From sequence record SRR22947727_5066: a stretch of 40,019 nt of DNA. One strand, 5' to 3'. Of the stretch, positions 19,361-28,943 are shown one piece after another; within the stretch, counting starts at the first letter, position 1; the number at the start of each line of letters is the position of its first letter. A model generated the notes under the pieces. That model did not search any database. It was not told where the DNA came from and saw nothing but the letters and a program-made list of their open reading frames with translations. A program made the position numbers and the translations under genes.

Positions 19361-20377
19361 ATGTTTGATAGGACAACCTGGTTCGGAAAGCTTTTTGGAT
19401 TCGAAGAAGAATCCCCAGAGCAAGTGCGCGACCAGTTGTCTTTTGCGGATAGTAAGATCACCTCAGCAGTCAACAGCAAGTCGTTTGGTTGCGGTGAATT
19501 TACGATCCCAACATTGCGTGAACTTCGCGAAGTGACGATTCAACCGCAAAACGAATCTGTGCTGCAGGTATCCGAAGTGGTTGGCAATGTTCAAGAACTG
19601 CATCAGGCTTCGTCAGTAGCGGGAGCCACATTTCAAGTCGCCTCCCAGTTCAATCTCCTTGAGATGGTTGGACCTAGCGTTCCGCCGGAAAACGGAGTCG
19701 GAATCTATCAGCACGATATGACACAGGGCCCCGCCTGTGCCGTTGCTTGTGGAGCGGCCACTGTTTACCGAAACTATTTTGTGCCGGTGGGAGATCAAAT
19801 CGGGCAAACCGAATCAAGCCAAATCGATTGCCTCGACGAAATTGGAGCGGCCCTTGGGAACGAGGACGATCGGCTTTGGGCGATGAGAAACGGCTACGCC
19901 TTAGGCTCAGCGGACGGTTTAACTGAAATCGGAGATCGGATTCAAAAGTTGAGCAGATCTGAAATCTCCGAGCTAGAAGGAGCGCTCAAAATTGGAGTTC
20001 AAACCGATGCCGAAGTCACGCTTGGTGAGAGAAATCACCAAGTCACACAAGTCTTTTGCTCCGCAACGCCAGTTGCGTATTCCCATCAAACAAGCGCGTT
20101 ATGGGAGCCGTTTGCGCGATTGGTTCTCAATGCGTCATACGAAGCCGCGTTTCGTGCCGCAATCATCAATTCAAAACGCACTGGGAATTGGGACTTTTAC
20201 CTGACGCTTCTCGGTGGCGGAGCCTTCGGAAATCCAACTGAGTGGATCACCGATGCAATTCTACGATCGCTGAATCAGTTTCGAAACTATCCGCTGACCG
20301 TTAAATTAGTCAGCTACGGCAGCTCGAGTCCAGATGTGAACTGGGTGCTTAGAAAATTCAATGATGAAGTGGTTTAG
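19361..20377 (+). CDS. Conserved hypothetical protein, possibly macrodomain/PARG-like fold
   Basis: 338-aa ORF; FQVASQFNLLEM, TQGPACA and LTLLGGGAFGN motifs; the fold assignment is inference. Confidence 0.7.
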   Translation: MFDRTTWFGKLFGFEEESPEQVRDQLSFADSKITSAVNSKSFGCGEFTIPTLRELREVTIQPQNESVLQVSEVVGNVQELHQASSVAGATFQVASQFNLLEMVGPSVPPENGVGIYQHDMTQGPACAVACGAATVYRNYFVPVGDQIGQTESSQIDCLDEIGAALGNEDDRLWAMRNGYALGSADGLTEIGDRIQKLSRSEISELEGALKIGVQTDAEVTLGERNHQVTQVFCSATPVAYSHQTSALWEPFARLVLNASYEAAFRAAIINSKRTGNWDFYLTLLGGGAFGNPTEWITDAILRSLNQFRNYPLTVKLVSYGSSSPDVNWVLRKFNDEVV

Positions 20378-21678
20378 GTGCTGGCTAATTGAGCTAATCC
20401 TTCCTCGCGAGTCGTCACCTGCCCTTCCAGCTGTAAATCGTAGATCTCGCGGAGTTTCTCGCCCATTTTTGGACCGGATTCCCAACCGCGCTCGATCAAA
20501 TCCTGACCGTTCACAAAAGGCGTCGGCAATAGCGGCTCGCTGGCAAATTCTTCGCGCTTTGCTTTTATGAATTTGTAGTTTTCCAAAAAACCATTGCTGC
20601 TGGTACAATCGACACGATGGAGTTCCAGTTCATCATCAAAATGCGGACGGGCCATGAAACGCTTCAGTTTCGCCGTCTTCATTTTCTGAACGTTCATGAA
20701 TTGCATGTGATGAGCCACCCCATCAACAGCAGCATCGATCACATCATTCGAATACCGAAGCCGCTTCAGGATTTTCACAGTCATGTCAGCGCCCACTTTG
20801 TCATGACTGTTGAATCGAATGCGCCCTTCGGCAGGATCGAGCGAAAACGTCGCGGGCTTTCCGACATCGTGGAACAAAACCGACAACACCAACGGCAAAC
20901 TGGCGTCGGACTTCAGTAACCCGAGCATAATTCTCGTGTGTGTAAAAACATCGCCTTCCGGATGAAAATTAGGCGGTTGCTCACAACCTTGTAGCTCCAA
21001 AATCTCCGGCAAGATGGCGCGCATCAAACCTGAATCGACCAGGAGGTCAAATCCCCGCACACGGTTCGGCGATGTCCAAACCTTGTTCAATTCGGCCTGA
21101 ATCCGCTCCGGCGAAACCTCAGAAATGTGATGCGCGTTGGCTTGCAATGCAGCCCACGTTTCGGACTCGATCGAAAAATTATCCAGCACGGTAGCAAATC
21201 GAATCGCCCGCATCATTCGCAGAAAATCCTCCTCAAATCGATCCGCTGGATTCCCGATTGCTCGGAGTGTTTTTGATTCCAGATCGGCTTTTCCGCCGAC
21301 GTAATCGATGATTTCGCCCGACTCCGGCTCGAGAAACATTCCATTCACTGTGAAATCACGTCGTTTTGCGTCATTTTCAGCCGTGGTAAATTTTACTGAA
21401 TCGGGCCGGCGGCCGTCGGAATATTCGCCATCCTCGCGGAACGTGGCGATTTCGAAATGAACCCCCGCTGCCCGAATCAGAATCACACCGAAGTGTGCAC
21501 CGATCGTGTCGCCCTTTGGAAAAACCGCGAGCACTTGGTCCGGCGTCGCATTCGTTGCAATATCGATATCTTTCTGCTCACGCCCCAGCAACTGATCGCG
21601 CACACATCCACCTGCGAACAAAGCCTCGTGCCCTGCCGTGCGAAGTTGTGCGCAAATCTCTTTCGCTGCCTTTTCCAT
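20374..21678 (-). CDS. CCA tRNA nucleotidyltransferase/poly(A) polymerase family protein with HD domain
   Basis: AGGCVRD, DIDIATNATP, EIATFR, RRDFTVNG, RFEEDFLRMMRAIRF, HPEGDVFTHT and LFHDVGKP motifs. Confidence 0.93.
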   Translation of the reverse strand: MEKAAKEICAQLRTAGHEALFAGGCVRDQLLGREQKDIDIATNATPDQVLAVFPKGDTIGAHFGVILIRAAGVHFEIATFREDGEYSDGRRPDSVKFTTAENDAKRRDFTVNGMFLEPESGEIIDYVGGKADLESKTLRAIGNPADRFEEDFLRMMRAIRFATVLDNFSIESETWAALQANAHHISEVSPERIQAELNKVWTSPNRVRGFDLLVDSGLMRAILPEILELQGCEQPPNFHPEGDVFTHTRIMLGLLKSDASLPLVLSVLFHDVGKPATFSLDPAEGRIRFNSHDKVGADMTVKILKRLRYSNDVIDAAVDGVAHHMQFMNVQKMKTAKLKRFMARPHFDDELELHRVDCTSSNGFLENYKFIKAKREEFASEPLLPTPFVNGQDLIERGWESGPKMGEKLREIYDLQLEGQVTTREEGLAQLAST

Positions 21679-21681
21679 TCA

Positions 21682-21754
21682 ACGAATCAACCCTATTGGC
21701 TCGATGAATCAACCCTATTGATTCGATGATCAGACACTGTTTGATCGCAAAACC
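21682..21754. repeat. Repeat copy 3: tandem 22-nt units
   Basis: GAATCAACCCTATTG exact at 21684-21698 and 21706-21720, then a degenerate third unit ending CGCAAAACC. Confidence 0.8.
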
Positions 21755-22070
21755 TGCGCTAGACTCCCGCGAAATCTAGCTGCTTTCCCCGCAGCGCCTC
21801 ATCTCCGGCATGAGCTACGTCGGCCAGTGGGTAGAACGGGCTCACGCAATTTTTAAAGAAGCAGCGAAGCGGAAGCGCACGTTGCTGTTCACGGATTTGC
21901 CGAGGCTTTTTCAGGCGGGGAAAAGTCGGGATTCCGATCTGACGGTCGGACATTTGCTGAAAGGCTACCTGGAAGAAGATGGCATTCAGGTTCTTGCTGA
22001 AGTGACGCCGGAAGCGTGACGAAAGTTACGTGAGATTGATCGTGGATTTGCTGAGTTCTTTGAATCCTAG
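21753..22070 (+). pseudogene. Internal fragment of a ClpA/B-like AAA+ ATPase
   Basis: Frame reads REI*LLSPQRLISGMSYVGQWVER..LLFTDL..LLKGYLE..QVLAEVTPEA*RKLREIDRGFAEFF; resembles the Clp NBD1 pore loop (G.KY.G.FEER), Walker B region and sensor region; in-frame TAG 21777 and TGA 22017; no N- or C-terminus. Confidence 0.7.
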
Positions 22071-22095
22071 GGCTCAGTTCCTCAACCGACTCAAA

Positions 22096-22154
22096 GACTC
22101 AACCGGTCCACCCCTGTTGAGTCGTCAAACAAGCACTGATGATTCGTGAAAACC
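22096..22154. repeat. Repeat copy 4 (degenerate)
   Basis: GACTCAAC/GTTGAGTC inverted pair and tandem units ACCCCTGTTGAGTCGTCAAAC and AGCACTGATGATTCGTGAAAACC; the end matches 13081-13099 almost exactly. Confidence 0.7.
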
Positions 22155-22174
22155 GAGCTCACTTTCGGACGCCC

Positions 22175-22261
22175 TTTAAAAAGTTTTAAATTTAAAATAA
22201 TTTATAATTTAATATTTTAAATTTAACTAATTTTTAACAATTTTATCAAAATTTAAAATTA
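22175..22261. other. Extreme A+T island (83 of 87 nt A/T)
   Basis: Direct count; contains repeated TTTTAAATTTAA and its inverse AAATTTAAAA; sharp borders within ~50% GC DNA. Confidence 0.9.
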
Positions 22262-22474
22262 CCTGAGCGCGAGGCGATCCACTCAGGAATTTTCCTTACG
22301 ACACAGCTCCAATTACAGACGGTTTGGAAATTACAGCAAGAGCTACCGAGGCAGGCGATTTGACCGACGTCCGTCACTTCTAACGTGACGCCTCAAAAAA
22401 ACCACCCGCATCCCCCTGGCCAACTGGGTGTTGCCTGACTTTTTACACTTATTTGGACGGCTGTGTGCTGGCAG

Positions 22475-23641
22475 CTACAGGATGGCAATGTCCACCGGCG
22501 GATCAAGCGGATAGCCCCATTCATCAAAAGCGAACCGCCATTCTTCGCGGATTCGCGCAGCGTGTTCGGGAGAAATGGTGTGAACATTCCGCTTGTAGCT
22601 ATTCATCGATTCCGCGTATTCCTGAATCGGAACTAATCCGGCTTCTTTATTAGGAATCTCAAGTTGATCATAAATCCTGCCAATTTCAGCGATCGGATCT
22701 GCCGTGATCTTTTCGTAGCTGGTCTCAACAAGATCGGATGGTGGTAAATCCAGAGCGTCCCGATCGTGCAAGTAACGCTGCATCAGATCTTTATAATTCC
22801 GAATCGTAAAATCAGCGTAATCAATTTGATCAAAATCCTGCCACGCGAACGCGTTCAGCATTCGGGGGAATTTTCCCATGCTGGAACTGAAAACCGGCCA
22901 TGGATTGCGGACGATATTGATGAATTTAGCATTGGGAAAAAGTCGCTTAAGCATGGCGACCCGCGAGGTGCTCGCCGGATTTTTAAACAGGAGCTGCTTC
23001 CCTTCTTTTGCGTAATTCATCTTTCGAACAATGAAGCGGTAGGAGTCTTCGAACTGCTCAATCTCCTCAGGTGTCGCCTCCTCCATCAGGAGTGAGCGCT
23101 TCTGTTCAATCTCCATCATCTGAGGGAAATAATAGACGTTGTAGTAGCAAATAGAGTTGAGATTCCCGAGTGCCATCTCCTCTTCCTGGGGTTCGCTGAG
23201 ATCGAGTTTTACGTTGTCGTAACCCCGCGTTTTCGGGAGGGTTTTGTCGATAATGCTTCGCGCGAACTCGACTTTTTTGCCCAGCATATTCATCGGCAGC
23301 GCAGTTTCGCCAAAAGTCATAAATCCGAACTGCGGATCGCGGCTCATCAGGTTATGAAGGTGAGTCGTGCCGCTTCTCCAGTGTCCGATGAGAAACAAAA
23401 CCGGTTTCTCAGGATCGACGTCCGCAAATTTTGATTTCCAACGCAGGCTTTCATACCAGGCAAAGGGATTTCTCCCCAACTGGGCGGCAAGACTGACGGC
23501 CCGCTGGACTCGACTCCTCTTCGAAAGGCCAGACGTTAATAGCGTTCGTTTCGCAAAAAGTGGCGTCCGGGCACCTGCGAGCGGGTGCAATGCGGGCCCC
23601 CGTTTGGCAGCGGCTGATTCAAGTGTCCAACGTTCTCCCAT
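22475..23641 (-). CDS. Sulfotransferase family protein
   Basis: PAPS-binding FLIGHWRSGTTHLHNL, PQEEE, LFKNP, FPNAKFINIVRNP and SYEKITADP motifs. Confidence 0.88.
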   Translation of the reverse strand: MGERWTLESAAAKRGPALHPLAGARTPLFAKRTLLTSGLSKRSRVQRAVSLAAQLGRNPFAWYESLRWKSKFADVDPEKPVLFLIGHWRSGTTHLHNLMSRDPQFGFMTFGETALPMNMLGKKVEFARSIIDKTLPKTRGYDNVKLDLSEPQEEEMALGNLNSICYYNVYYFPQMMEIEQKRSLLMEEATPEEIEQFEDSYRFIVRKMNYAKEGKQLLFKNPASTSRVAMLKRLFPNAKFINIVRNPWPVFSSSMGKFPRMLNAFAWQDFDQIDYADFTIRNYKDLMQRYLHDRDALDLPPSDLVETSYEKITADPIAEIGRIYDQLEIPNKEAGLVPIQEYAESMNSYKRNVHTISPEHAARIREEWRFAFDEWGYPLDPPVDIAIL

Positions 23642-23807
23642 AGGCAGTTTCGAAATGTAGACAGAAGATTCATTTATGCGAGGCGTTTTGGGAACTTTCT
23701 ATTTCGTTTTCGGCTCGTTTTTTGTCGTCTGCAACTAAGCGATTCGATTTTTCTTGCTCCATGGTTCCGAATTTGGCAAAAAGAAGCCGAGCAACGCTCT
23801 TCACACC

Positions 23808-24134
23808 ATGTTTTCTCCCAATTCAACTCGCCTGGTCTACTGGGCCAACATTGAGTTTTCCTATGAAGCAGGATCAAAATACCATGGAGAATTTGAAGGC
23901 GGGTTCGTCTATTGCTTCGTTCAAGCCGTGGATGCACGGGATGCCCTTGATCAGTTTGACCTTGAGTTTAAAAGCAGAAATCTCGGGATTCGGTTCATTG
24001 AATTCATCAATCTTTATGCCGAAGTGCCGTGGCAATCAATCGAAGATCAAGGTCACTACGACGGGATCGCAACCCGGGCTTCCAACTCAGAAGAAGTGAT
24101 GTTCGACAGCTTCGAGATTTACGAACGACGCTGA
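23808..24134 (+). CDS. Hypothetical acidic protein
   Basis: 108-aa ORF from ATG 23808 with protein-like composition. Confidence 0.65.
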   Translation: MFSPNSTRLVYWANIEFSYEAGSKYHGEFEGGFVYCFVQAVDARDALDQFDLEFKSRNLGIRFIEFINLYAEVPWQSIEDQGHYDGIATRASNSEEVMFDSFEIYERR

Positions 24135-24276
24135 GAATTCGGTTCGAGCGCGTTTTGCGGTTAGACTTTTCGGTAATTATTTCTTATGATGCTCCGAGCG
24201 ACCTCTCTTGGAACCTTCGCCCTTCTACCATGTCTGTTTTACTGATTCAAACGAAACTCCATCGTCGTCCCGCCGT

Positions 24277-24726
24277 ATGAACGCGAGCGACTTGTGGGTT
24301 TTTCTCCTCCGGTTTTTCACCGGATTCCCTATGGTCTATTATCAAGCATGGAAACATGCCAATCTGGGTTGGGAATACATGTGGGCAAAGAAAGAGTGGA
24401 GCGTCGTCGATCAAATGGCTGCCTTAAATTACAGTTCTCCCGGACCGATGGCGGTGGCGCTGGTCTTTTTCCTCCTTGTCAGCGCATTTGGGATTCTGAT
24501 CGGATTTTTGACTCGAATCAATGCGGCGATTCTTCTTATTTGTCTCGGCGTAGTTTTGGTGGCTCCGATTGAACTTCGGGAGAATTCATTGACCCCGCAG
24601 ACTCTGCTCATTTACATCGGCTTATGCATCACTCTGCTGCTTTCTGGTGGCGGTTTATTCTCACTCGATACTTTGATGACTAAACGCCGTGGTAAAAAGA
24701 AAAAAGCACCCAGCCGTTTCGCTTGA
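24277..24726 (+). CDS. DoxX family membrane protein
   Basis: LLRFFTG, LIGFLTR.NA and LLLSGGGLFSLD motifs; ~4 TM. Confidence 0.82.
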   Translation: MNASDLWVFLLRFFTGFPMVYYQAWKHANLGWEYMWAKKEWSVVDQMAALNYSSPGPMAVALVFFLLVSAFGILIGFLTRINAAILLICLGVVLVAPIELRENSLTPQTLLIYIGLCITLLLSGGGLFSLDTLMTKRRGKKKKAPSRFA

Positions 24727-24813
24727 TTCTTCATCAGGCTAAATAATCTTCACATTCTTCAGATCCGCGCATTTTTCCCTTGCAACCGGATTGCGTAACC
24801 TCCTTTGTCCACC

Positions 24814-26007
24814 ATGTCATCTTTTGCAGATCTCGGGTTATCCCGACCCGTCCTTCGTGCCGTTGAAGAATCCGGTTACACGACCGCTACGCCTATTCAG
24901 GCGCAGGCAATACCCGAGTGTTTAAAAGGAAATGACATCGTTGGAGCCTCTCAAACTGGAACGGGTAAAACTGCTGCGTTTGGACTTCCTATCGTTTCGC
25001 TGCTCACGCCGGGAACACAGCCACAGTGCTTGATCCTTGAGCCGACTCGAGAATTGGCCGCGCAGGTGGAAGATCAGATGCGGAATTTTGGATTTTTTCG
25101 TCCGATGAACGTTGTCCTCCTTCACGGCGGAGTTGGATACGGACCTCAAAACGAAGGTCTTGCGACAAAACCTGATGTGGTTATTGCAACTCCTGGACGA
25201 TTGATTGATCACATGGAGCGCGGCTCATTGAAGCTCGACCAGATCAAACACCTAGTTCTCGATGAAGTTGATCGGATGCTCGACATGGGATTTCTCCCTG
25301 ACGTGAAGCGGATTATCGATCGCTGCCCGAAAGATCGGCAAACTCAATTTTACTCAGCAACTATGCCGGGAGCGATTCAGACGCTCGCAAACTGGGCTCT
25401 GAAAGATCCTGTGGAAATTGAGGTAGGTGAACGCCGCTCTCCTGCCGAAACGGTTTCTCACGCTTTTTACCCGGTCGCAATGGATCAGCGCGATGAACTG
25501 GTTCTCGGTCTTGTTCGTGAGACACATTTCGAGAGTCTCATGATTTTCACGCGGACGAAAAAAGAGGCCGATGCGCTACTGGCTAAAATTTCTGAACTCG
25601 AAGGCGCCCGTCCTGCTGCTCTTCACTCAGATATCAAGCAATCCGACCGGACTAAGGCACTCAATGGTTTTCGTGATGGCACGTTCAATGTTGTTGTCGC
25701 AACCGATGTCGCCGCTCGTGGACTCGATATCACCGGCGTTACACATGTGATTAACTATCGCGTCCCTGAAAACCCGGAAGATTACGTTCATCGTATTGGA
25801 CGGACCGGTCGCGCTCAGAAAGAGGGCGATGCCTTTACCATTTTGTCTGCAGATGAACTAGATAACGCTAAAGCGGTTGAACATTTTGTTGAGCAAAAAA
25901 TCGACCGTAAGAAACTCGAAGGCTTCGATTACATTTACACCGCGCTTTTGGACGAAAATCAGAAACCGCTCCGCAAAAAGCGCCCTGCGCCGAAGCGCCG
26001 CAAGTAA
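24814..26007 (+). CDS. DEAD/DEAH-box RNA helicase
   Basis: Q motif, SQTGTGKT, PTRELA, TPGRL, DEVD, SAT, ATDVAARGLD and HRIGRTGRA motifs. Confidence 0.95.
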   Translation: MSSFADLGLSRPVLRAVEESGYTTATPIQAQAIPECLKGNDIVGASQTGTGKTAAFGLPIVSLLTPGTQPQCLILEPTRELAAQVEDQMRNFGFFRPMNVVLLHGGVGYGPQNEGLATKPDVVIATPGRLIDHMERGSLKLDQIKHLVLDEVDRMLDMGFLPDVKRIIDRCPKDRQTQFYSATMPGAIQTLANWALKDPVEIEVGERRSPAETVSHAFYPVAMDQRDELVLGLVRETHFESLMIFTRTKKEADALLAKISELEGARPAALHSDIKQSDRTKALNGFRDGTFNVVVATDVAARGLDITGVTHVINYRVPENPEDYVHRIGRTGRAQKEGDAFTILSADELDNAKAVEHFVEQKIDRKKLEGFDYIYTALLDENQKPLRKKRPAPKRRK

Positions 26008-26065
26008 GTTGAGGTTTATTCCTTCAGCCAAACCGTTATAGCAACGCCTCGAATTGTTGCGTGAC

Positions 26066-26809
26066 TTAGCGACTGCCTTGCGAGTTCGCCATTACGATTT
26101 CTTCGAATGGTTGAATGACCACGAGGCCGTCGCCTTTGAATTCCATCTGAAAGGATTCACCACCGCCCCGGCCCATGAAGGTCCGCAGCGAAATATCGAT
26201 TTTGAAGGTGGGCTCAAGATTTCCTGACCAGGCGATTGTTGCATTCGGGTCCGTGTAAACCGGAGCATCGGGTGTCACTCGAAGCGTGATAGGCTCGTAA
26301 TGCGAGGTAAAAGCAATCATTCCCGTTCCGCGGAGGCGCACATTGAAAAGTCCGCCGGCCAACATCGCACCGAGCTTTTTCATCATCTTGATTTCGTATT
26401 CAATCGACGGCTCAAACGCGAGCAAGTCGTTACCGTTCACAATGATTTCCTCGCCATGCAGTTGAATGATGATCACTTTTTTTCCAGCATCCGCCAAGTA
26501 AACCTGATCCTGCCCTTCCGCTTTCGAAAGGCTCGCCCCGCTCAACTGTCATCGCTTTTTTCAAAAGGTTCCCGACGCCGCGATTCATCATTCCTTCGCG
26601 AACAAACTTCACGTCCCCCGATAGGCGACCATTGACCCCAATTTGGTCCAAATGGTCCCGTTCAAATTTAGCTCGAGGAGTCGAGGTGTTTCCAATTCAA
26701 AAACTCCCTGCCCGAGATCTCGTTAAGCGGATGCCTGCAAGAATTCTCCGAGAGAATAGCTAGCTTGAGGTTCAGAAAACGACGATAGCGGTGGTGGTGT
26801 TTGATCCAT
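26066..26809 (-). pseudogene. AIM24 family protein, disrupted
   Basis: ATG 26809; in-frame TAA 26723-26725; one base lost at the C5 run 26615-26619 and one gained near 26541; reconstructed ..TKLGSMVAYRGDVKF..GASLSKAEG..GGLFNVRLRGTG..TDPNATIAWSG..GESFQMEFKGDGLVVIQP. Confidence 0.85.
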
Positions 26810-26916
26810 AAGAAAGGATTCTACACGAACCGTCAAATCACGCAGATACATGATCACTCGCTTTTTGCAATCAAATAGAGCATTGTTCAACGAAGCCCCT
26901 CTTTTGAATCGACAAA

Positions 26917-27705
26917 TCACTCAACTGCCGCAGGAACTGCCGCATGCCGTTTCAAAAACTCCTCGGCCAATTGGCGATAAGCGGTAGCGCCGGCGCTGCT
27001 TGGAGCGTATTCCAAAATGGTCTGCGAAAAGCTGGGTGCTTCGCTCAGACTAATGTTGCGGGGAATGACCGTTTGGTAAGTCACGTCACCAAATACCCCG
27101 CGAACGTCATTGATGACGCTAGTGGAAAGATTGGTCCGGCTATCTGCCATCGTAAAAACAATACCTTCGAGAATCACATTCAAATCAGCTCCGGAATTCC
27201 GAATCTGTTCGTGAAGATCGACGATTTTGGCAACTCCTTCGAGGCCGAAGTATTCGCATTGCAGCGGAATCAAAAGCTCGTCAGCGGCCGCCAGTGCGGA
27301 TGTCATCATCACGCCGAGCGAAGGCGGACAATCCATAAACACATAATCAGCCACGTTCGAATGGCGAAAATCTTCTAAAATCCCCTTTAATCGGATCAAC
27401 CGGTCGCCTTCAGATGCCATTTCGATCTCACAACCGGCCAAATCCTGCTCGGAGGGAATGATGCTTAAGTTCTTATATTGAGTCGGAAGCACAAGATCCG
27501 CGATGTCCGCATCCCCCGTTAGAGCCGCGTAAACGCTGTCATGCTCACCAGGCGTGTATCCAAAGGAACTCGTAGAGTTCGCCTGGGGGTCGAGGTCGAG
27601 AATGAGAGTGCGAACTCCGCGTTCGGCGAGACAGGCTCCGAGATTAACCGCCGTGGTGGTCTTCCCGACGCCGCCTTTTTGATTGGCAATGGCGATGAAT
27701 TTCAT
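26917..27705 (-). CDS. ParA/Soj family ATPase
   Basis: IANQKGGVGKTTTAVNL, DLDPQAN, DCPPSLG, PLQCEYFGLEG and IPRNISLSEAPS motifs. Confidence 0.95.
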   Translation of the reverse strand: MKFIAIANQKGGVGKTTTAVNLGACLAERGVRTLILDLDPQANSTSSFGYTPGEHDSVYAALTGDADIADLVLPTQYKNLSIIPSEQDLAGCEIEMASEGDRLIRLKGILEDFRHSNVADYVFMDCPPSLGVMMTSALAAADELLIPLQCEYFGLEGVAKIVDLHEQIRNSGADLNVILEGIVFTMADSRTNLSTSVINDVRGVFGDVTYQTVIPRNISLSEAPSFSQTILEYAPSSAGATAYRQLAEEFLKRHAAVPAAVE

Positions 27706-27812
27706 CCGTCTTTTATAAAGGCCCACACTCTGACAGACTCTTGGAATCGGGAAAGCGGAAAGATTAAGATTTTACCTTATTCTCATGCCGGATTAGCGTA
27801 AAAAACGTCACA

Positions 27813-28235
27813 ATGGATATCGAGATCGAAGAACCCACTGAAGAACAACGGATTGAAGCCGTTATGGGGCAAGCTGTGAGAATGGCTGGCCGGGCTGCAT
27901 GGGATACTGAGATCATCGCTTATCTCGTATCTCAGAGTATGCCGAAAAAAAAGGCAAAATCCCTGATTCCTGAAATAAGAGAGCGCGGAGGCCCACTCAA
28001 ACGCCGTTATTTCGCCCGAAAACGCCTCATCGGCTATATTCTGGTGCTTTCAGCAGCTGCGATTTGTGTTGGTGTCTTCTTTACCGAAGGAAGAAAGCTC
28101 ACGGTCCCGGTGATCGTCGTGAGCATCATTCCGCTCTTTGCCGGATTGAATCAAATCTTCGCTTCCCGCACTCCGAAAGACGAAGAGCTGGGGCTACCTG
28201 AAAAGGAAGAGTCCAGTGATGATGAGAAAGACTGA
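27813..28235 (+). CDS. Hypothetical membrane protein (2 TM)
   Basis: 140-aa ATG ORF with two hydrophobic helices and an acidic tail. Confidence 0.7.
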   Translation: MDIEIEEPTEEQRIEAVMGQAVRMAGRAAWDTEIIAYLVSQSMPKKKAKSLIPEIRERGGPLKRRYFARKRLIGYILVLSAAAICVGVFFTEGRKLTVPVIVVSIIPLFAGLNQIFASRTPKDEELGLPEKEESSDDEKD

Positions 28236-28295
28236 AATTGATTTCAGAATCTCAACGATACCCTGTATGAGTTTAGTCAGCATGACTGCGATTTG

Positions 28296-28937
28296 ATGAG
28301 TGAGCCAACAATTGATCCGGATACCAGTTCCACAACTGCGATTCCCGAAAAGCCCGAAGTCGGGAGCAAACGCGCTTTTTTGAAAGCGTTTCTTCGCAAC
28401 ACGGGCCAGGTTGGTGCCGTCGCGCCCAGCTCGCCGGCATTGGCTCAATTGATGGTCGAGTGGTTTGAATGGGATTCGATCAAGCACGTTGTTGAATACG
28501 GCCCCGGGACCGGAGTTTTCACAGAGCGCATTCAGGCTTGTCGACAAAAGGACTCGACGTTTTTCGCGATCGAAATGGATCCCAAACTGGCAGAAATCAC
28601 CCAACGCCGTTGTCCGGATGTCACGGTCCACATCGATAGCGTCACCAATGTTGCTGCGCTGTGCGAAGGCGCCAACGTAGAATCAGTCGATGCCATCCTC
28701 AGCGGCTTGCCATGGGCAGCTTTCCCTGAATCGCTTCAGGATGAATGCCTTGATACCATGTTTTCAATTCTGAAACCGGGCGGACAATTCGCGACCTTTG
28801 CCTACTGGCAGGGGCTGATGATGCCGGCTGGACAACGGTTCCTCAAGAAGCTAAAAGAACGCTTTAGCGAAGTCGAATTCAGCAAAACTGCGTGGAGCAA
28901 CCTTCCGCCAGCCCTTGTTTACCGATGCGTTCGCTGA
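28296..28937 (+). CDS. Class I SAM-dependent methyltransferase, phospholipid/ornithine-lipid N-methyltransferase-like
   Basis: VGAVAPSS, VVEYGPGTGVFT, ILSGLPW, LKPGGQF and NLPPALVY motifs. Confidence 0.85.
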   Translation: MSEPTIDPDTSSTTAIPEKPEVGSKRAFLKAFLRNTGQVGAVAPSSPALAQLMVEWFEWDSIKHVVEYGPGTGVFTERIQACRQKDSTFFAIEMDPKLAEITQRRCPDVTVHIDSVTNVAALCEGANVESVDAILSGLPWAAFPESLQDECLDTMFSILKPGGQFATFAYWQGLMMPAGQRFLKKLKERFSEVEFSKTAWSNLPPALVYRCVR

Positions 28938-28943
28938 ATTGCC

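Noticed and set aside
21684-21754. Tandem direct repeats as a mini-CRISPR array
   Set aside because: The period is only 22 nt, with no unique spacers of CRISPR length and no cas genes in the window.
22136-22170. CTGATGA...GAAA resembling a hammerhead ribozyme core
   Set aside because: Only 5 nt separate the two motifs, with no stem II and no convincing stems I or III; the string is a one-base variant of the repeat unit at 13081-13099.
22175-22261. Calling the A+T island oriC or dif
   Set aside because: No DnaA-box cluster, dnaA gene or XerC/D-type consensus was seen, so it is kept only as an unexplained finding.
28251-28275. ATACCCTGTATGAGT as a seventh repeat copy
   Set aside because: The match is too short and degenerate and has no partner arm.
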